From NCBI GenBank assembly GCA_964201665.1, contig CAXNEW010000002.1:9807-73806 (forward strand): a stretch of DNA of 64,000 nt. Reading direction: 5' to 3'. The notes under the pieces are model-generated. The model worked only from the letters and a program-made list of their open reading frames with translations, was not told the DNA's origin and did no database searches. Made by a program: the position numbers and the translations under genes. Origin of the DNA: Bdellovibrionota bacterium. Lineage in GTDB: Bacteria > Bdellovibrionota > UBA2428. Below are positions 20,020 through 29,270 of the stretch, in pieces; within the stretch, counting starts at the first letter, position 1; each line of letters opens with the position of its first letter.

Positions 20020-20293
20020 CACCTCGAACTGGGCAGTCATCTCGAAGTGAGAGATCTTTAACGTTTCTTGGTAGCCAAGTACGTTGGAGATTCCTCACTT
20101 CGTTCGGAATGACGGGCGTGTTGGAATGACGGGTACGTTCGGCAGGGGTGACAGGGTTGTAGTGAATACCTGTCATTTCGAGCGGAAGCGAGAAATCTCC
20201 AACGCGCTTGGCTGCCGAGCTCGGGGGGATCTCTCACATTCGTTCGAGATGACAGGTCGGTTCTTTGAGATGGCGGGTAGGTCGAATGAAAAA
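20020..20293. repeat. Cluster of nested REP-like palindromic units (BIME-like)
   Basis: GGAGATTCCTCACTTCGTTCGGAATGACGGG pairs with CCTGTCATTTCGAGCGGAAGCGAGAAATCTCC. Outer pair CATCTCGAAGTGAGAGATC ... GGGGGGATCTCTCACATTCGTTCGAGATGAC. The same core recurs at 37590-37650, 50606-50700 and 55675-55745. Confidence 0.6.
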
Positions 20294-21184
20294 TTAATTT
20301 CTAGTAGGAAAAAACCAGCTGAGTCTGAGGCTTGCTCCCCAACCACCCATCTTAAATTCCGGAGCGTCTACAAAAGCTAAATAAGAAATATTTAAGTCGG
20401 TTCTAAAATGGTGCGAAAAGGCCATGCGCATTCCGATCTGGGGTTCCGCCCCAAAAACAGCTCCTCCCGCGTGTTTGGTGTAGGTTACATTGTGCTCCGA
20501 TTCAGCAGCCAAGCTCCAAACTTTGTAAGCTCCTAAATGAAGTCCCAAGCCTGTAGTCAAAAACATGGGTCCGTCAAAAAAACTAAAACGACCAGCGGCA
20601 TTGAAAGTTTCAGCATAAACAGGTGTTGGAGTATTTGTTTTTTGAAGTCCACGAATCAAAAAATAGCCGATTTCACTTTCAAAAAGGTCAGAATACTTTC
20701 GTCCAAATCCCATTCGCAGACTTAAACTTCCGCGGTCAAGTCGCGCTGTAAATTGTCTCCATTTAGAATCCACGTAGCCTGGCTCAATAAAAAAGTAGCG
20801 TTGCATGCTGGAATTTGGAATACGGGAATGGGAGCCCCTTTCCCACCCCGAAATCTCTTTGGTCTCGATGAGGGGACTATCGTTGCCTAGAATTTCGCCG
20901 ACTCTGGCTTCAGTTTCAATTTTGAGGCTGCCACTAGTGGGTGCAGGCGGCATATTCTCTGTCCGGCCAGCTGCGCTATTTGAGGGAAGTGCTAGAGGAT
21001 CCGACCTAAGCTCAATGTTGCCAGATTGCTGGGCCACGGGGCTTTCTTTAGGAAGCCCAAGCTGATCAGCCAGAGTCTTTTTGGGTAACTGTGTGGCCGG
21101 AGTTGCCTTTGGTTTGGCCGAATTTTGGGCCACAGCGATTATCGGAACTAAAAAAATTAAAATTTTAAAAAAAAAAGCTTTCAA
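20294..21184 (-). CDS. Outer-membrane beta-barrel protein (hypothetical)
   Basis: Signal peptide, then alternating amphipathic beta-strand pattern with aromatic residues through to the C-terminus. Confidence 0.45.
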   Translation of the reverse strand: MKAFFFKILIFLVPIIAVAQNSAKPKATPATQLPKKTLADQLGLPKESPVAQQSGNIELRSDPLALPSNSAAGRTENMPPAPTSGSLKIETEARVGEILGNDSPLIETKEISGWERGSHSRIPNSSMQRYFFIEPGYVDSKWRQFTARLDRGSLSLRMGFGRKYSDLFESEIGYFLIRGLQKTNTPTPVYAETFNAAGRFSFFDGPMFLTTGLGLHLGAYKVWSLAAESEHNVTYTKHAGGAVFGAEPQIGMRMAFSHHFRTDLNISYLAFVDAPEFKMGGWGASLRLSWFFPTRN

Positions 21185-21294
21185 AATACACCTCCGAAAT
21201 TATGTGGGGTCCCTCAAGGGACGTTAATCAGTCAAAAACCCGAATGCAAACGGCGTGGTCATTTTAGGGGGAAGAGGTTAATATTATATCCACT

Positions 21295-21486
21295 ATGGGC
21301 GGCATGAGCATTTGGCATCTTTTAATTTTACTTGTGATCCTTCTTTTGGTTTTCGGGCCGCAAAGGCTTGAAGGCATCGGATCTTCGCTTGGCAAAGCCA
21401 TCAAAGGCTTTAAAAAAGGAATCAGCGACGAGGAAGAAGAAACATCCCAAAAGACCAAAAAAAATTCAACTGACGATAAAGCCTAG
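21295..21486 (+). CDS. tatA: Twin-arginine translocase subunit TatA/E
   Basis: [38 protein letters not shown], the canonical TatA TM plus amphipathic helix, and an acidic tail. Confidence 0.8.
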   Translation: MGGMSIWHLLILLVILLLVFGPQRLEGIGSSLGKAIKGFKKGISDEEEETSQKTKKNSTDDKA

Positions 21487-21513
21487 GTTTTGCCTGAGTT
21501 TAGGCAACTTGTT

Positions 21514-22638
21514 TTATTCCTGAAGCAATTGCCCTTTGTCCATGGTGCCGCGGGCTTTTTCGACATGGATTTCAGAGTTTTTTGTCGAAAATCTAATGCG
21601 CTCACCCTGAATGAGTTGATCTTCTTTTTTGACCGAGGCGATGCCGTTCAAAATGACTTCGCCTGAATCAGGAAAAAATTCAGCATTGTCACAAGTTGCG
21701 TCTTTGTCGGGAGTCTGGATTCGCACCTGTTCGGACAACTCGATCACAGTGACACCAGCTTTTTGCTTTGACCTTAATTTTTCGGCAAAGAGTTTGATTC
21801 CGTCTTGGGTGACGCCCTCAGCCTGGCCGATGGCCTCACTTTCGGTAAATTCACCTTTCTCATTAAACTGGGCCCTCATTCCTCGAGATTGAATTTTTAA
21901 ATTTCGAATGTCGGCTTCAATTCGCCCCTTGCTTTCTTTGTCTGGGGTCTTAGAGGGTTCAAGATACAAACTTTCGGCCCGAAGCGGTGAGCCCGCAACC
22001 CTTTCAGAAAACTGCACTGTCAAAAGGTCTCCCTTCATGGCGAGATCTTTTGACGAAACTGTAACTTTTTTTTCAAACTTAGAATTGTTTTGAATGCGCG
22101 AAAAAAGAGCTTGCTCAGAATGGATTGTGAGTTGGTTTGAGGAATTTCCCATCTTTTGAATGGCCTGAACGGCGCTGAGAACGCGGTAGGAGCCCTCACG
22201 CGTGTCGATATCCATGCCCTGGCCCGAAATACGAAAACCATCTTCTGATTTCTCTTGAGGGGCGCCCAGAACCTTCTCAGAGGTCTCTAAATGACGGTTT
22301 TGCGAATTGAATCGAATATTTTTTGTGAAAAATTCATAGGCATCGGGGCTCAAAATGCGCGAGTCACCTTCAATCACAAAATCCTCGGTTTCAGATTTTA
22401 AAATCCCAATCTGCCCTGACACTCGGTAAGGACTTTCTTGGTCTTGGGTCCACACGTCAGCCACCATTTGATCAAAAACCATGAGATTTTCAGATTTAAA
22501 AACTCGGGCGAGGTCAGCCCAAACCTCGATTGATCTTTCGGCTCCCTTTGATTCCACCATATGAAAGCCGCGAATCTCGATAGTAGGGCGGGTTATCGGA
22601 ACTGATAACGCGACGAATAACAGAGTGGTTCTTCTCAT
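21514..22638 (-). CDS. Periplasmic hypothetical protein, possibly OstA/LptA-LptC-like
   Basis: Signal anchor and repetitive beta-rich sequence. Assignment is weak. Confidence 0.3.
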   Translation of the reverse strand: MRRTTLLFVALSVPITRPTIEIRGFHMVESKGAERSIEVWADLARVFKSENLMVFDQMVADVWTQDQESPYRVSGQIGILKSETEDFVIEGDSRILSPDAYEFFTKNIRFNSQNRHLETSEKVLGAPQEKSEDGFRISGQGMDIDTREGSYRVLSAVQAIQKMGNSSNQLTIHSEQALFSRIQNNSKFEKKVTVSSKDLAMKGDLLTVQFSERVAGSPLRAESLYLEPSKTPDKESKGRIEADIRNLKIQSRGMRAQFNEKGEFTESEAIGQAEGVTQDGIKLFAEKLRSKQKAGVTVIELSEQVRIQTPDKDATCDNAEFFPDSGEVILNGIASVKKEDQLIQGERIRFSTKNSEIHVEKARGTMDKGQLLQE

Positions 22639-22656
22639 GGGTCTTTTTAATTTACA

Positions 22657-24372
22657 ATGAAACAGATGAATTTTCTGTCTTTAAGATTTTTTCCTTTGGT
22701 TTTAAGTTTTATTTGTAGCGGGGCTTTTGCGCAAAACAAGGCCGAGGAATCTGGGGGAATCTGGCCTTTTGATCAAAGACAAATTGTTCTTGTCAAAAAA
22801 GAAGGGGTTAGTTTTCCAGATCAAAAAACTGTGGCCCAAATCATGGATGTTTTTTCGCGAAGGGGCCGAGTGAGATGGGTGACTCTTAAGGGTGGCGAAA
22901 AAGGGAAAATCAATCCCATCGAGGTTCCGGTTGATTTTGAATGGCAATCCTTCAATTCAATTCGCAAATTGGGCCTTCGATTTAAAGCTGATGGTTTGGT
23001 GGTTTTGTCGACTCGTGGGATTCAGCTTGATTTGCAATGGTTTTCTACCAAAGACGGGCAGCCACTTTTTTTTGAAAAAGTGAGTCTTCCAAATGCCAGC
23101 AGTGCCGAGCAAGAAATTGAAAAGAAAAAACGGATTCAAGATTGGCTTTTAGATATTTGGAGCAAAATTCCAGGTGAAGGCTACATCGTGAGTCGTGATC
23201 TTACCCATCTTAAGTTTGAAGGCGCTGATCAACTCGGGGTTAAGGTCGGCGACAAACTCGAGTTGTTGAGATTGGGGCAAATAGAGCGCCACCCACTTCT
23301 GAAAACTTTGGTTGGCATGGGGGCCTCAATTACCGGGCGAGCCGAGGTAACTGAAATCGCAAAACCCTTTTCGAATGCAAAAATTTCGTATGAGTCACAA
23401 GTGGATCCCATTCAAGCGGGTGATCGATTTATTCGGGTGACTGAAAAAACAGAATCGGGCGCAAAATCAACATCCTCAGCCTCGCCATCGGCACCCCCTT
23501 TGCAAAAATCAGACCCGCCTACTGGGGATGAAAAACCCCTCGTTGATGAAAAAGGACGTCAATATCTGCCGCTCATGGGGCCTGAGGGAGAAGAAGAAAA
23601 AAAAAATGAAAACTCAAATCAAGTCAACGAACTCAAGGGCGCCGAGGCTGATTGGAATTTTTTTGATATCGACGGCGGACTTCATTTTAAAAGAGTAACC
23701 CATGCTGAAAACACAGCCACCGCCGATGCCACTGGGGCGTCGAGTTTTTCGATGAAAGCTTGGGCACCTGGTTTTGATTTATCAGCACGAGTTTTACTCA
23801 CTCGCGAAATTTTGCTCGGTGGACAGCTGGGATATTCGCTTCTTACCTTTAGAGGCCTTGATGATATTTACGGCGTGGCCTCGATTGGTTCGGGAACCTA
23901 TAATTTTTCATTTATGGGCGGGTACAGATTTTTCTTTCTAAATGAACCCGAAAATTTTTTTAAAGGCGAAGTTCTTTTGCAAGCGGCCTTTAAAAAAATT
24001 CATCTTTCGATGGGGACTTTAGCGGCCTCGAGTGTGGGGCCGTCCGCCAAAGATTATTCCGGCTTTGAGCTTGGGTTTAGGCTTCAGGTTCCGGTGCTGC
24101 CTTTAGTTGGGTTGCAAATGGGCGGCGGTTTGATGCTTGCGCCCAGCCTAACAGAATCTGAGGAAACCGGTGGGGCAAGTTCAACGAGTCAGGTTTATCG
24201 GTTTGATGTGCGAGGAGTTTATCAGCTCGATAAAACCTCCGACTTTTTTGCGGGGCTTGAAATCGAAAGTGCTCAGACAAATTTTACAGGCGCTGGTACT
24301 CGCACGATTGGATCGAGCTCAGTGGTGTTTTCAACAACAAGTTATCAGGTAGGATATTCTCAACGCTTTTAG
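22657..24372 (+). CDS. Secreted protein with a C-terminal outer-membrane beta-barrel-like region
   Basis: Signal peptide (FICSGAFAQ). C-terminal 250 aa rich in alternating Gly/aromatic strands, ending ...YQVGYSQRF. Confidence 0.45.
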   Translation: MKQMNFLSLRFFPLVLSFICSGAFAQNKAEESGGIWPFDQRQIVLVKKEGVSFPDQKTVAQIMDVFSRRGRVRWVTLKGGEKGKINPIEVPVDFEWQSFNSIRKLGLRFKADGLVVLSTRGIQLDLQWFSTKDGQPLFFEKVSLPNASSAEQEIEKKKRIQDWLLDIWSKIPGEGYIVSRDLTHLKFEGADQLGVKVGDKLELLRLGQIERHPLLKTLVGMGASITGRAEVTEIAKPFSNAKISYESQVDPIQAGDRFIRVTEKTESGAKSTSSASPSAPPLQKSDPPTGDEKPLVDEKGRQYLPLMGPEGEEEKKNENSNQVNELKGAEADWNFFDIDGGLHFKRVTHAENTATADATGASSFSMKAWAPGFDLSARVLLTREILLGGQLGYSLLTFRGLDDIYGVASIGSGTYNFSFMGGYRFFFLNEPENFFKGEVLLQAAFKKIHLSMGTLAASSVGPSAKDYSGFELGFRLQVPVLPLVGLQMGGGLMLAPSLTESEETGGASSTSQVYRFDVRGVYQLDKTSDFFAGLEIESAQTNFTGAGTRTIGSSSVVFSTTSYQVGYSQRF

Positions 24373-24416
24373 CAAAATTTTTAAAAAAATAATTAAAAGA
24401 AAAAAAAGGAAAACTC

Positions 24417-25097
24417 ATGAAAAATTTTTTACTGCCAGCCACCCTAGTTCTTTTTGCAAATTTTAAAGTTTTCGGCTCCGAGGGGGATCTCTGGATTTCA
24501 GGTGACGATTTTAAGCAACTCAGTCAAGAAACCGAGCAAAAATCGAGTGAGTTTATTGATTTGGGCAAATACCCCGGGTTCGTCAAAGTTGAAAAAATTG
24601 TTTCTGAAAATGCAAAATTCAGTAATGTTCCCGTTTGTGAAAAATCATTTCCAATGAATGTTTTTGCAAAAAAATATGAAAAAGAAAATCTAAGTGAAGG
24701 GACCTGGCGAAAGTATAATAAATTTTTGCGGGCACAGAAGCGAAAGCTTGAATCAATAAAAAATATTGTTGAGGCTTTGCCCAAAATCTCTTCGTGCGAA
24801 ACTTCACTAAATGGGGTTCAAGGAAAGGCTTTTGTGTCAGGAGTCATTTTGTTTGATCTGACCCAGTCTACCCATATTAGGGGCCGAATTTTTCCAGATT
24901 TTTTTATGGGGTCGAGCCGAGTTTCTTCAGTCGCGCTCGGGCAAACTTTGAGTAAGGCCGGCAACTTCAAAGGCCTCAAGCTTTATCAATACGCAGCCCC
25001 GACTCTGGAATCGGAAAATTACCTTTGGAACTACTTTTCAGTTGAAGGCAAAAATTTTCAAGAGGTTGCAACAGCAACGATTGAGTTTAAGTACTAG
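24417..25097 (+). CDS. Hypothetical secreted protein
   Basis: Signal peptide MKNFLLPATLVLFANFKVFGSEG. No recognized motif. Confidence 0.4.
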   Translation: MKNFLLPATLVLFANFKVFGSEGDLWISGDDFKQLSQETEQKSSEFIDLGKYPGFVKVEKIVSENAKFSNVPVCEKSFPMNVFAKKYEKENLSEGTWRKYNKFLRAQKRKLESIKNIVEALPKISSCETSLNGVQGKAFVSGVILFDLTQSTHIRGRIFPDFFMGSSRVSSVALGQTLSKAGNFKGLKLYQYAAPTLESENYLWNYFSVEGKNFQEVATATIEFKY

Positions 25098-25104
25098 CAG
25101 GCTG

Positions 25105-25404
25105 TTAAGTTTCGTTTTGCTGATTGCGGCGGGTGCCCCTGTCAAAACGAGCTTTTTGACGGTTAAACCAATCGCGAAATTTATCGTAACTTTCTTCAAG
25201 TTCGAGCAAATTATCTAAACTGAGATAGTCAGTCCGCTGAGTAACTTTTGTTTTGGATTCATCATAATATGAATATTCATCTTGATTGAGTTCAACGGCT
25301 TCAACCCAAGACTTTATGGCGTCTTTAAGCCACATGGGAACATTTCTGAGATCTGCTTCGCGAGTATAATTCACGAGCTCTTGTTTAATGTCGTGCTGAT
25401 TCAT
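25105..25404 (-). CDS. Hypothetical small acidic protein
   Basis: 99-aa ORF that overlaps the downstream gene by 20 nt. Confidence 0.35.
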   Translation of the reverse strand: MNQHDIKQELVNYTREADLRNVPMWLKDAIKSWVEAVELNQDEYSYYDESKTKVTQRTDYLSLDNLLELEESYDKFRDWFNRQKARFDRGTRRNQQNET

Positions 25405-26272
25405 TTACTATTTCCTCTATCCTAGAAAGGAGCCATTTGTGAAGTCTTGGTGTGCTCGCGACAATATCACCCTGGCTTAACTGCAAGGTATCTCCATTTA
25501 GCCTAGAAATCACACCCCCAGCCTCTTCAACTAATAATGCTCCTGACGCTATGTCCCATGGCGCTAAGCCCCATTCCCAATAGCCCTCTACCCGTCCTGA
25601 GGCCACATAGGCCAAATCTAGGGCTGCCGAGCCATCTCGCCTGACTCCCAAACTTAACTGGGTAATTTTTTTGAAGAGTTCAAAAGATCGCACTCCGGAT
25701 TGGCTTCTTTCTGATGCAAAACCCGTAATAAAAAGGGCCTTCTGGGGGTCTGAAACCTCGTCATTTATTTTGAGCCGCTGCCTGCCGAGCCAGGCTCCAC
25801 CACCCCGATGGGCAGAAAACATCTCACCGCTAACAGGATTAAATGTTGCTGAAATCTGCGCCTCAAATACTTTTTGTTTAGAATTCCAAATAACATAGGC
25901 CGCGGTTGTGCAGAAAAAAGGATAAGCCTTGGCATAGTTAGTCGTGCCATCGATGGGGTCAAAAATCCAAAGCCCCGTTTTTTTGGAATCATTTATAACC
26001 GCTTCAGGATTCAGTTTTTGACTGGCGAAACTTTCTTCGCCGAGAGCTTTTTCGCCTGGAAAAACTTCTGCAAACTTTGCAAGCAGCGATTCTTCAACCC
26101 GTTTATCAAACTGAGTTACAAGATCTTTTGGTCCTGATTTTGTTTCGGTGGAAAGGAGTTGAGCGCGGCGGGGATCATTGCCGGGAGTTGTTGAATACCC
26201 CTCCATCATGAGGGGCCCTACCGAGCTTAGAATTTCTGTAAGTTTTTGACGGCGCTCTCGGAGTTCATCCAT
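25385..26272 (-). CDS. Inositol monophosphatase family protein
   Basis: WIFDPIDGTTNY metal-binding motif and WDIASG. Confidence 0.8.
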   Translation of the reverse strand: MDELRERRQKLTEILSSVGPLMMEGYSTTPGNDPRRAQLLSTETKSGPKDLVTQFDKRVEESLLAKFAEVFPGEKALGEESFASQKLNPEAVINDSKKTGLWIFDPIDGTTNYAKAYPFFCTTAAYVIWNSKQKVFEAQISATFNPVSGEMFSAHRGGGAWLGRQRLKINDEVSDPQKALFITGFASERSQSGVRSFELFKKITQLSLGVRRDGSAALDLAYVASGRVEGYWEWGLAPWDIASGALLVEEAGGVISRLNGDTLQLSQGDIVASTPRLHKWLLSRIEEIVNESARH

Positions 26273-27269
26273 TGAGGGTAAGTTCTCCTGCCCAATTGGT
26301 TTTTATTGACTCTCTAAATGGACCCATTGGGAAACCTCGCCCCAATAGACACATTGTTTTTGCGAGGGTGGCTTCCCAAGTCATATCAAGGGCCGAAATG
26401 GCGCCCGCTGCAACGGCTGCCCGACCTGTTTGATAAAGACTTAAATCCACCCCGCCATAAATGGCTTGCGAGCAGATAACAGTTGGAATGCCTTCTGAAG
26501 TTAATTTTTGGATTAAAGATTCAACCGAGCCGGCCCCCAAGGGAATATCCCCTGGGCCAAAGGCCTGCAGAATTAAACCCTTCAAGCCTTTTTGAATGAG
26601 TGGGTAAAAAAATTCAAGATTGAGGCCGGGGAAAAGCGAAATTGAAAGAATTTGAGTCTCAATATGAGGGTCAAATCGATAGGGCCCCGCAGGTGGAGGG
26701 CTTACCAGAGCATATTGAATGTTGGCGCCGACCGTTGCAAGTGGCGGGTGATTGGGACTTTCAAACGCGCGAAAGCTCGGGATAGATATTTTTTTTACCC
26801 GGTTGCCCCTAAAGAGCCAGGAATCAAAAAATAAACAAATTTCGTTTATTTTTCCGGCGGCAGCAAGTTGCACCGAGTAAATGAGGTTGCGGCCGGCATC
26901 GGATGAAGGGTCTCCAAGGGGACGCTGGGATCCTGTAAAGATAATGGGTTTTCCGGGATTAGAAATTAAAAAACTCATCACCGAAGTTGTAAATGCCATG
27001 GTGTCGGTGCCGTGAGTAACGACAATTCCATCATATTCAGAAAGGCAAGAATCAATTTTCTTAGCAAGTCGTAACCAATCACTTGGTCGGATATTGCTTG
27101 AATCTTTGTTAAGGACAATCTCGACTTCAATTTCGGCAAAATCAAAAATCTGTGGAGCGCGCTCCTTGAGAACCTTCAAAAACTGATCTTGCTCTTCGGG
27201 CTCACCGTTTAGATTCATTCCAAAGGTTCCACCCGTATGTAGAATAATGATTTTCTTTTTTGCAGACAT
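26265..27269 (-). CDS. L-asparaginase (type I-like)
   Basis: IIILHTGGTFGM (catalytic Thr motif), HGTDTMAFT. Start placed at MSAKKK to avoid overlapping the CBS gene. Confidence 0.8.
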   Translation of the reverse strand: MSAKKKIIILHTGGTFGMNLNGEPEEQDQFLKVLKERAPQIFDFAEIEVEIVLNKDSSNIRPSDWLRLAKKIDSCLSEYDGIVVTHGTDTMAFTTSVMSFLISNPGKPIIFTGSQRPLGDPSSDAGRNLIYSVQLAAAGKINEICLFFDSWLFRGNRVKKISIPSFRAFESPNHPPLATVGANIQYALVSPPPAGPYRFDPHIETQILSISLFPGLNLEFFYPLIQKGLKGLILQAFGPGDIPLGAGSVESLIQKLTSEGIPTVICSQAIYGGVDLSLYQTGRAAVAAGAISALDMTWEATLAKTMCLLGRGFPMGPFRESIKTNWAGELTLNG

Positions 27270-27279
27270 ATTTAAAGAG

Positions 27280-27726
27280 CTATTTTTTTTGGGGGGAAAC
27301 ATTTTGTTCAGAATCTTTGTAAAGAGCCTTCATAAGATCGCCTCGAGAAACAACACCCATGAGCTTTCCGATTCCATCTAGAACTGGGATTCTTTTTATC
27401 TTTTTTTGGACCATCATGATCAGAACGTCTCGAAAGGGGGTCACCGAGGAAACGGTTATTGGCGGTTTTGTGAATTTGATTTTCGCAGTCAGGGGCTGGC
27501 TTGCCGCTTGTAGCATGGCATCCATTTCAGAATAGATACCCACACAGGTTCCTTGTGAGTCGACTATGGGCAGTCCGCTCACCTTATGGGTAATCATCAT
27601 TTGCATAGCGACGTGAATGGAAGATCCCTCCATAGCGTAAACAACTTTGCGAGTCATAAACTTCGCAATCGGAGTCACCGCGAGATCAGAGGAAATGGGT
27701 CGTTTGTAAGTGTTGTCGACTGTCAT
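27280..27726 (-). CDS. CBS-domain pair protein
   Basis: Two CBS-like repeats (VSGLPIVDSQGTCVGIYSEMDAM ... RIPVLDGIGKLMGVVSRGDLMKAL). Confidence 0.65.
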   Translation of the reverse strand: MTVDNTYKRPISSDLAVTPIAKFMTRKVVYAMEGSSIHVAMQMMITHKVSGLPIVDSQGTCVGIYSEMDAMLQAASQPLTAKIKFTKPPITVSSVTPFRDVLIMMVQKKIKRIPVLDGIGKLMGVVSRGDLMKALYKDSEQNVSPQKK

Positions 27727-29213
27727 GACTCGTAATCCCTAGGGTTAATTTTATAACGTTTTATTTTTCGTAAAAGAGTGTTTTTGGGAATATTGGCCCT
27801 ATCGCAAGTCTGATTTATTTTTCCGCCATTGTGTCTCAAGGCTTGAATAATAAATTCGCGTTCAAATTTTTCTTTTTCCTGATGAAAATCTAGAGTGATT
27901 TTGTGATTAGGGTTTGAATTTTCGGGACCGATAAAATCCGAAACAGGGGCTGTGGTTTCAGCGTTGGGCCTTCGAATAGTTTCAAAGGGTAAATCCCACC
28001 CTTCCACCTTGTCTTGAATAGATTCAAGAATATGTTCTGGAAACGAACTCTCGGAAATTTGATTTTTTGTTTCAACTACAAAGGCGTGTTCGATTGCGTT
28101 TTCTAATTCTCGGATATTCCCAGGCCATGAATAGAGTTTAAGTTTGGCCAAAGCGTCGGGTTGGATTCCATTTATTTCTCGTCCATGCCTTGAATTGAAT
28201 TTTTTTATAAAATGATCAACAAGAAATGGAATATCCGTTGTTCTTTCGCGTAGAGGAGGCAAAAAAAGCGGCATAACATTGAGGCGGTAAAACAAATCCT
28301 GGCGAAAGGTGCCCTGCTCTATCATTTTTTCAAGATTTTTGTTTGTTGCGGCTACGATGCGGACATCGACCTTAAACTCTCGGTTGGATCCCACAGGAGT
28401 TATTTTTTGATCTTGCAAAACTCGAAGCAACTTAACTTGCATCTGCAAGGGGAGATCACCCATTTCATCCAGAAAAAGTGTACCGCCTGAAGCAAATTGG
28501 AATTTCCCAATTTTTCTTTGTTGAGCGCCGGTAAAGGCACCTTTTTCGTGACCAAAAAGTTCACTTTCGACAAGGTTCTCTGAGATCGCCCCACAATTTA
28601 CAGCAACAAAAGGACGATCTTTTCGGGGAGAATTATAATGAATAGCTTTTGCGACGAGTTCTTTTCCGGTTCCGTTTTCGCCGCGAATCAACACACTCGT
28701 ATGAACGTTTGCGAGTCTATCCACCATGCGAAAAACTCTCTGCATTGTTTCGCCGCGACCAATGAATTCGTCTTTGGGATTTTCTCTTTCGTCTGCATTT
28801 GAATTTTCGATGGGACTCGAAAAAGACATTTCCTCAACGAGGAGTCTCGCTGCCAGAGCTTTGTCTACAAGTTTGTCGAGTTTGTCAGCCTGTAGAGGCT
28901 TTTCGATATAATCAAAAGCACCGTCTCGGATTGCTTCAACAGCATCTTTTAAATTGGCATGGGCTGTGATGACAGCAACCGTAGAGAAGGGTCTATGGGC
29001 ACGAATTTTTTTTAAAACTTCGAGCCCATCCATTACGGGCATTCGCACATCCAAAAGCACAAGATCATATTTTTTTTGCTGCAGCTTGCTCCAAGCCTGA
29101 CCGCCATCTACCGCTTCATCAATATTGAATCCCCTAGGGCTGAGCTGGCTTTTGATTCCGGCCCTTAATTCAGGTTCGTCGTCAGCAATAAGTACATTGA
29201 GTTTTTCGGACAT
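27723..29213 (-). CDS. NtrC-family sigma-54-dependent response regulator (receiver, AAA+, Fis-type HTH)
   Basis: Receiver (LIADDEPELR ... DLVLLDVRMP), GENGTGKE Walker A, GAFTGA, and a C-terminal HTH. Overlaps the CBS gene by 4 nt. Confidence 0.9.
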   Translation of the reverse strand: MSEKLNVLIADDEPELRAGIKSQLSPRGFNIDEAVDGGQAWSKLQQKKYDLVLLDVRMPVMDGLEVLKKIRAHRPFSTVAVITAHANLKDAVEAIRDGAFDYIEKPLQADKLDKLVDKALAARLLVEEMSFSSPIENSNADERENPKDEFIGRGETMQRVFRMVDRLANVHTSVLIRGENGTGKELVAKAIHYNSPRKDRPFVAVNCGAISENLVESELFGHEKGAFTGAQQRKIGKFQFASGGTLFLDEMGDLPLQMQVKLLRVLQDQKITPVGSNREFKVDVRIVAATNKNLEKMIEQGTFRQDLFYRLNVMPLFLPPLRERTTDIPFLVDHFIKKFNSRHGREINGIQPDALAKLKLYSWPGNIRELENAIEHAFVVETKNQISESSFPEHILESIQDKVEGWDLPFETIRRPNAETTAPVSDFIGPENSNPNHKITLDFHQEKEKFEREFIIQALRHNGGKINQTCDRANIPKNTLLRKIKRYKINPRDYES

Positions 29214-29270
29214 GGTTTGGTTTTGTTATCCGCCAAAGAGAATACAGGGGTCAACAGAGTTCTTGAGGGT

